Shown: one piece after another, positions 63,931-64,000 of the stretch | How the letters are laid out: every line of letters begins with the position of its first letter | How positions within the stretch are numbered: the stretch's first letter is position 1 | Source of the DNA: Octopus sinensis | Taxonomy: Eukaryota | DNA: 64,000 bases | Assembly: GCF_006345805.1 (NCBI RefSeq) | Contig: NC_043003.1 | Location: forward strand, 87,916,001-87,980,000 | Reading direction: 5' to 3' | Made by a program: the position numbers and the translations under genes | Notes under the pieces: model-generated | The model's input: only the letters and a program-made list of their open reading frames with translations | Databases searched by the model: none | Told to the model about the DNA's origin: nothing

Positions 63931-64000
63931 GCTGGGGCACCGCCATTTGGTGTTGCTACTTGGTTTCACTTCATGGAGGCTTTCTAGCAACTGCTATTTG
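63886..64000 (-). mobile_element. SINE 3' end with (TCAA)n tail, running off the window
   Basis: ggcggtgccccagcatggccacagc...ctgaaac resembles the family-A SINE tail at 23183-23222. Confidence 0.7.

Overview
AT-rich animal genomic DNA, by its repeat families most likely an octopus (inference from the RTE 3' tails and tRNA-derived SINEs), with one 100-N gap (40164-40263). One host gene is reconstructable on the + strand: seven GT-AG coding exons (2400-44246) that splice in frame into the C-terminal part of a divergent, nucleolin-like multi-RRM protein with no RGG tail. Its 5' end is not identifiable in the window. The rest is mostly transposon sequence. An RTE-clade LINE family carrying a C4HC3 PHD finger inside its reverse transcriptase occurs in more than 10 copies, one with an uninterrupted APE-RT frame (60724-63930, minus). 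Also present are two CR1-group LINEs, an R4/Dong-like remnant, Penelope-like fragments (one with a hammerhead ribozyme motif), Gypsy and Copia-like remnants, piggyBac, Tigger and mariner remnants, MITEs, Helitrons (one head-to-tail tandem) and SINEs. Best leads: the PHD-in-RT RTE family and its apparent preference for TA microsatellites; the 5'-truncated intact RTE ORF placed in frame with a SINE-derived ATG across a (TA)n tract; the modular two-exon-per-RRM gene with a half-missing middle RRM; and several retroelement junctions flanked by inverted or templated duplications. All alignments were done by eye; no database searches were run.
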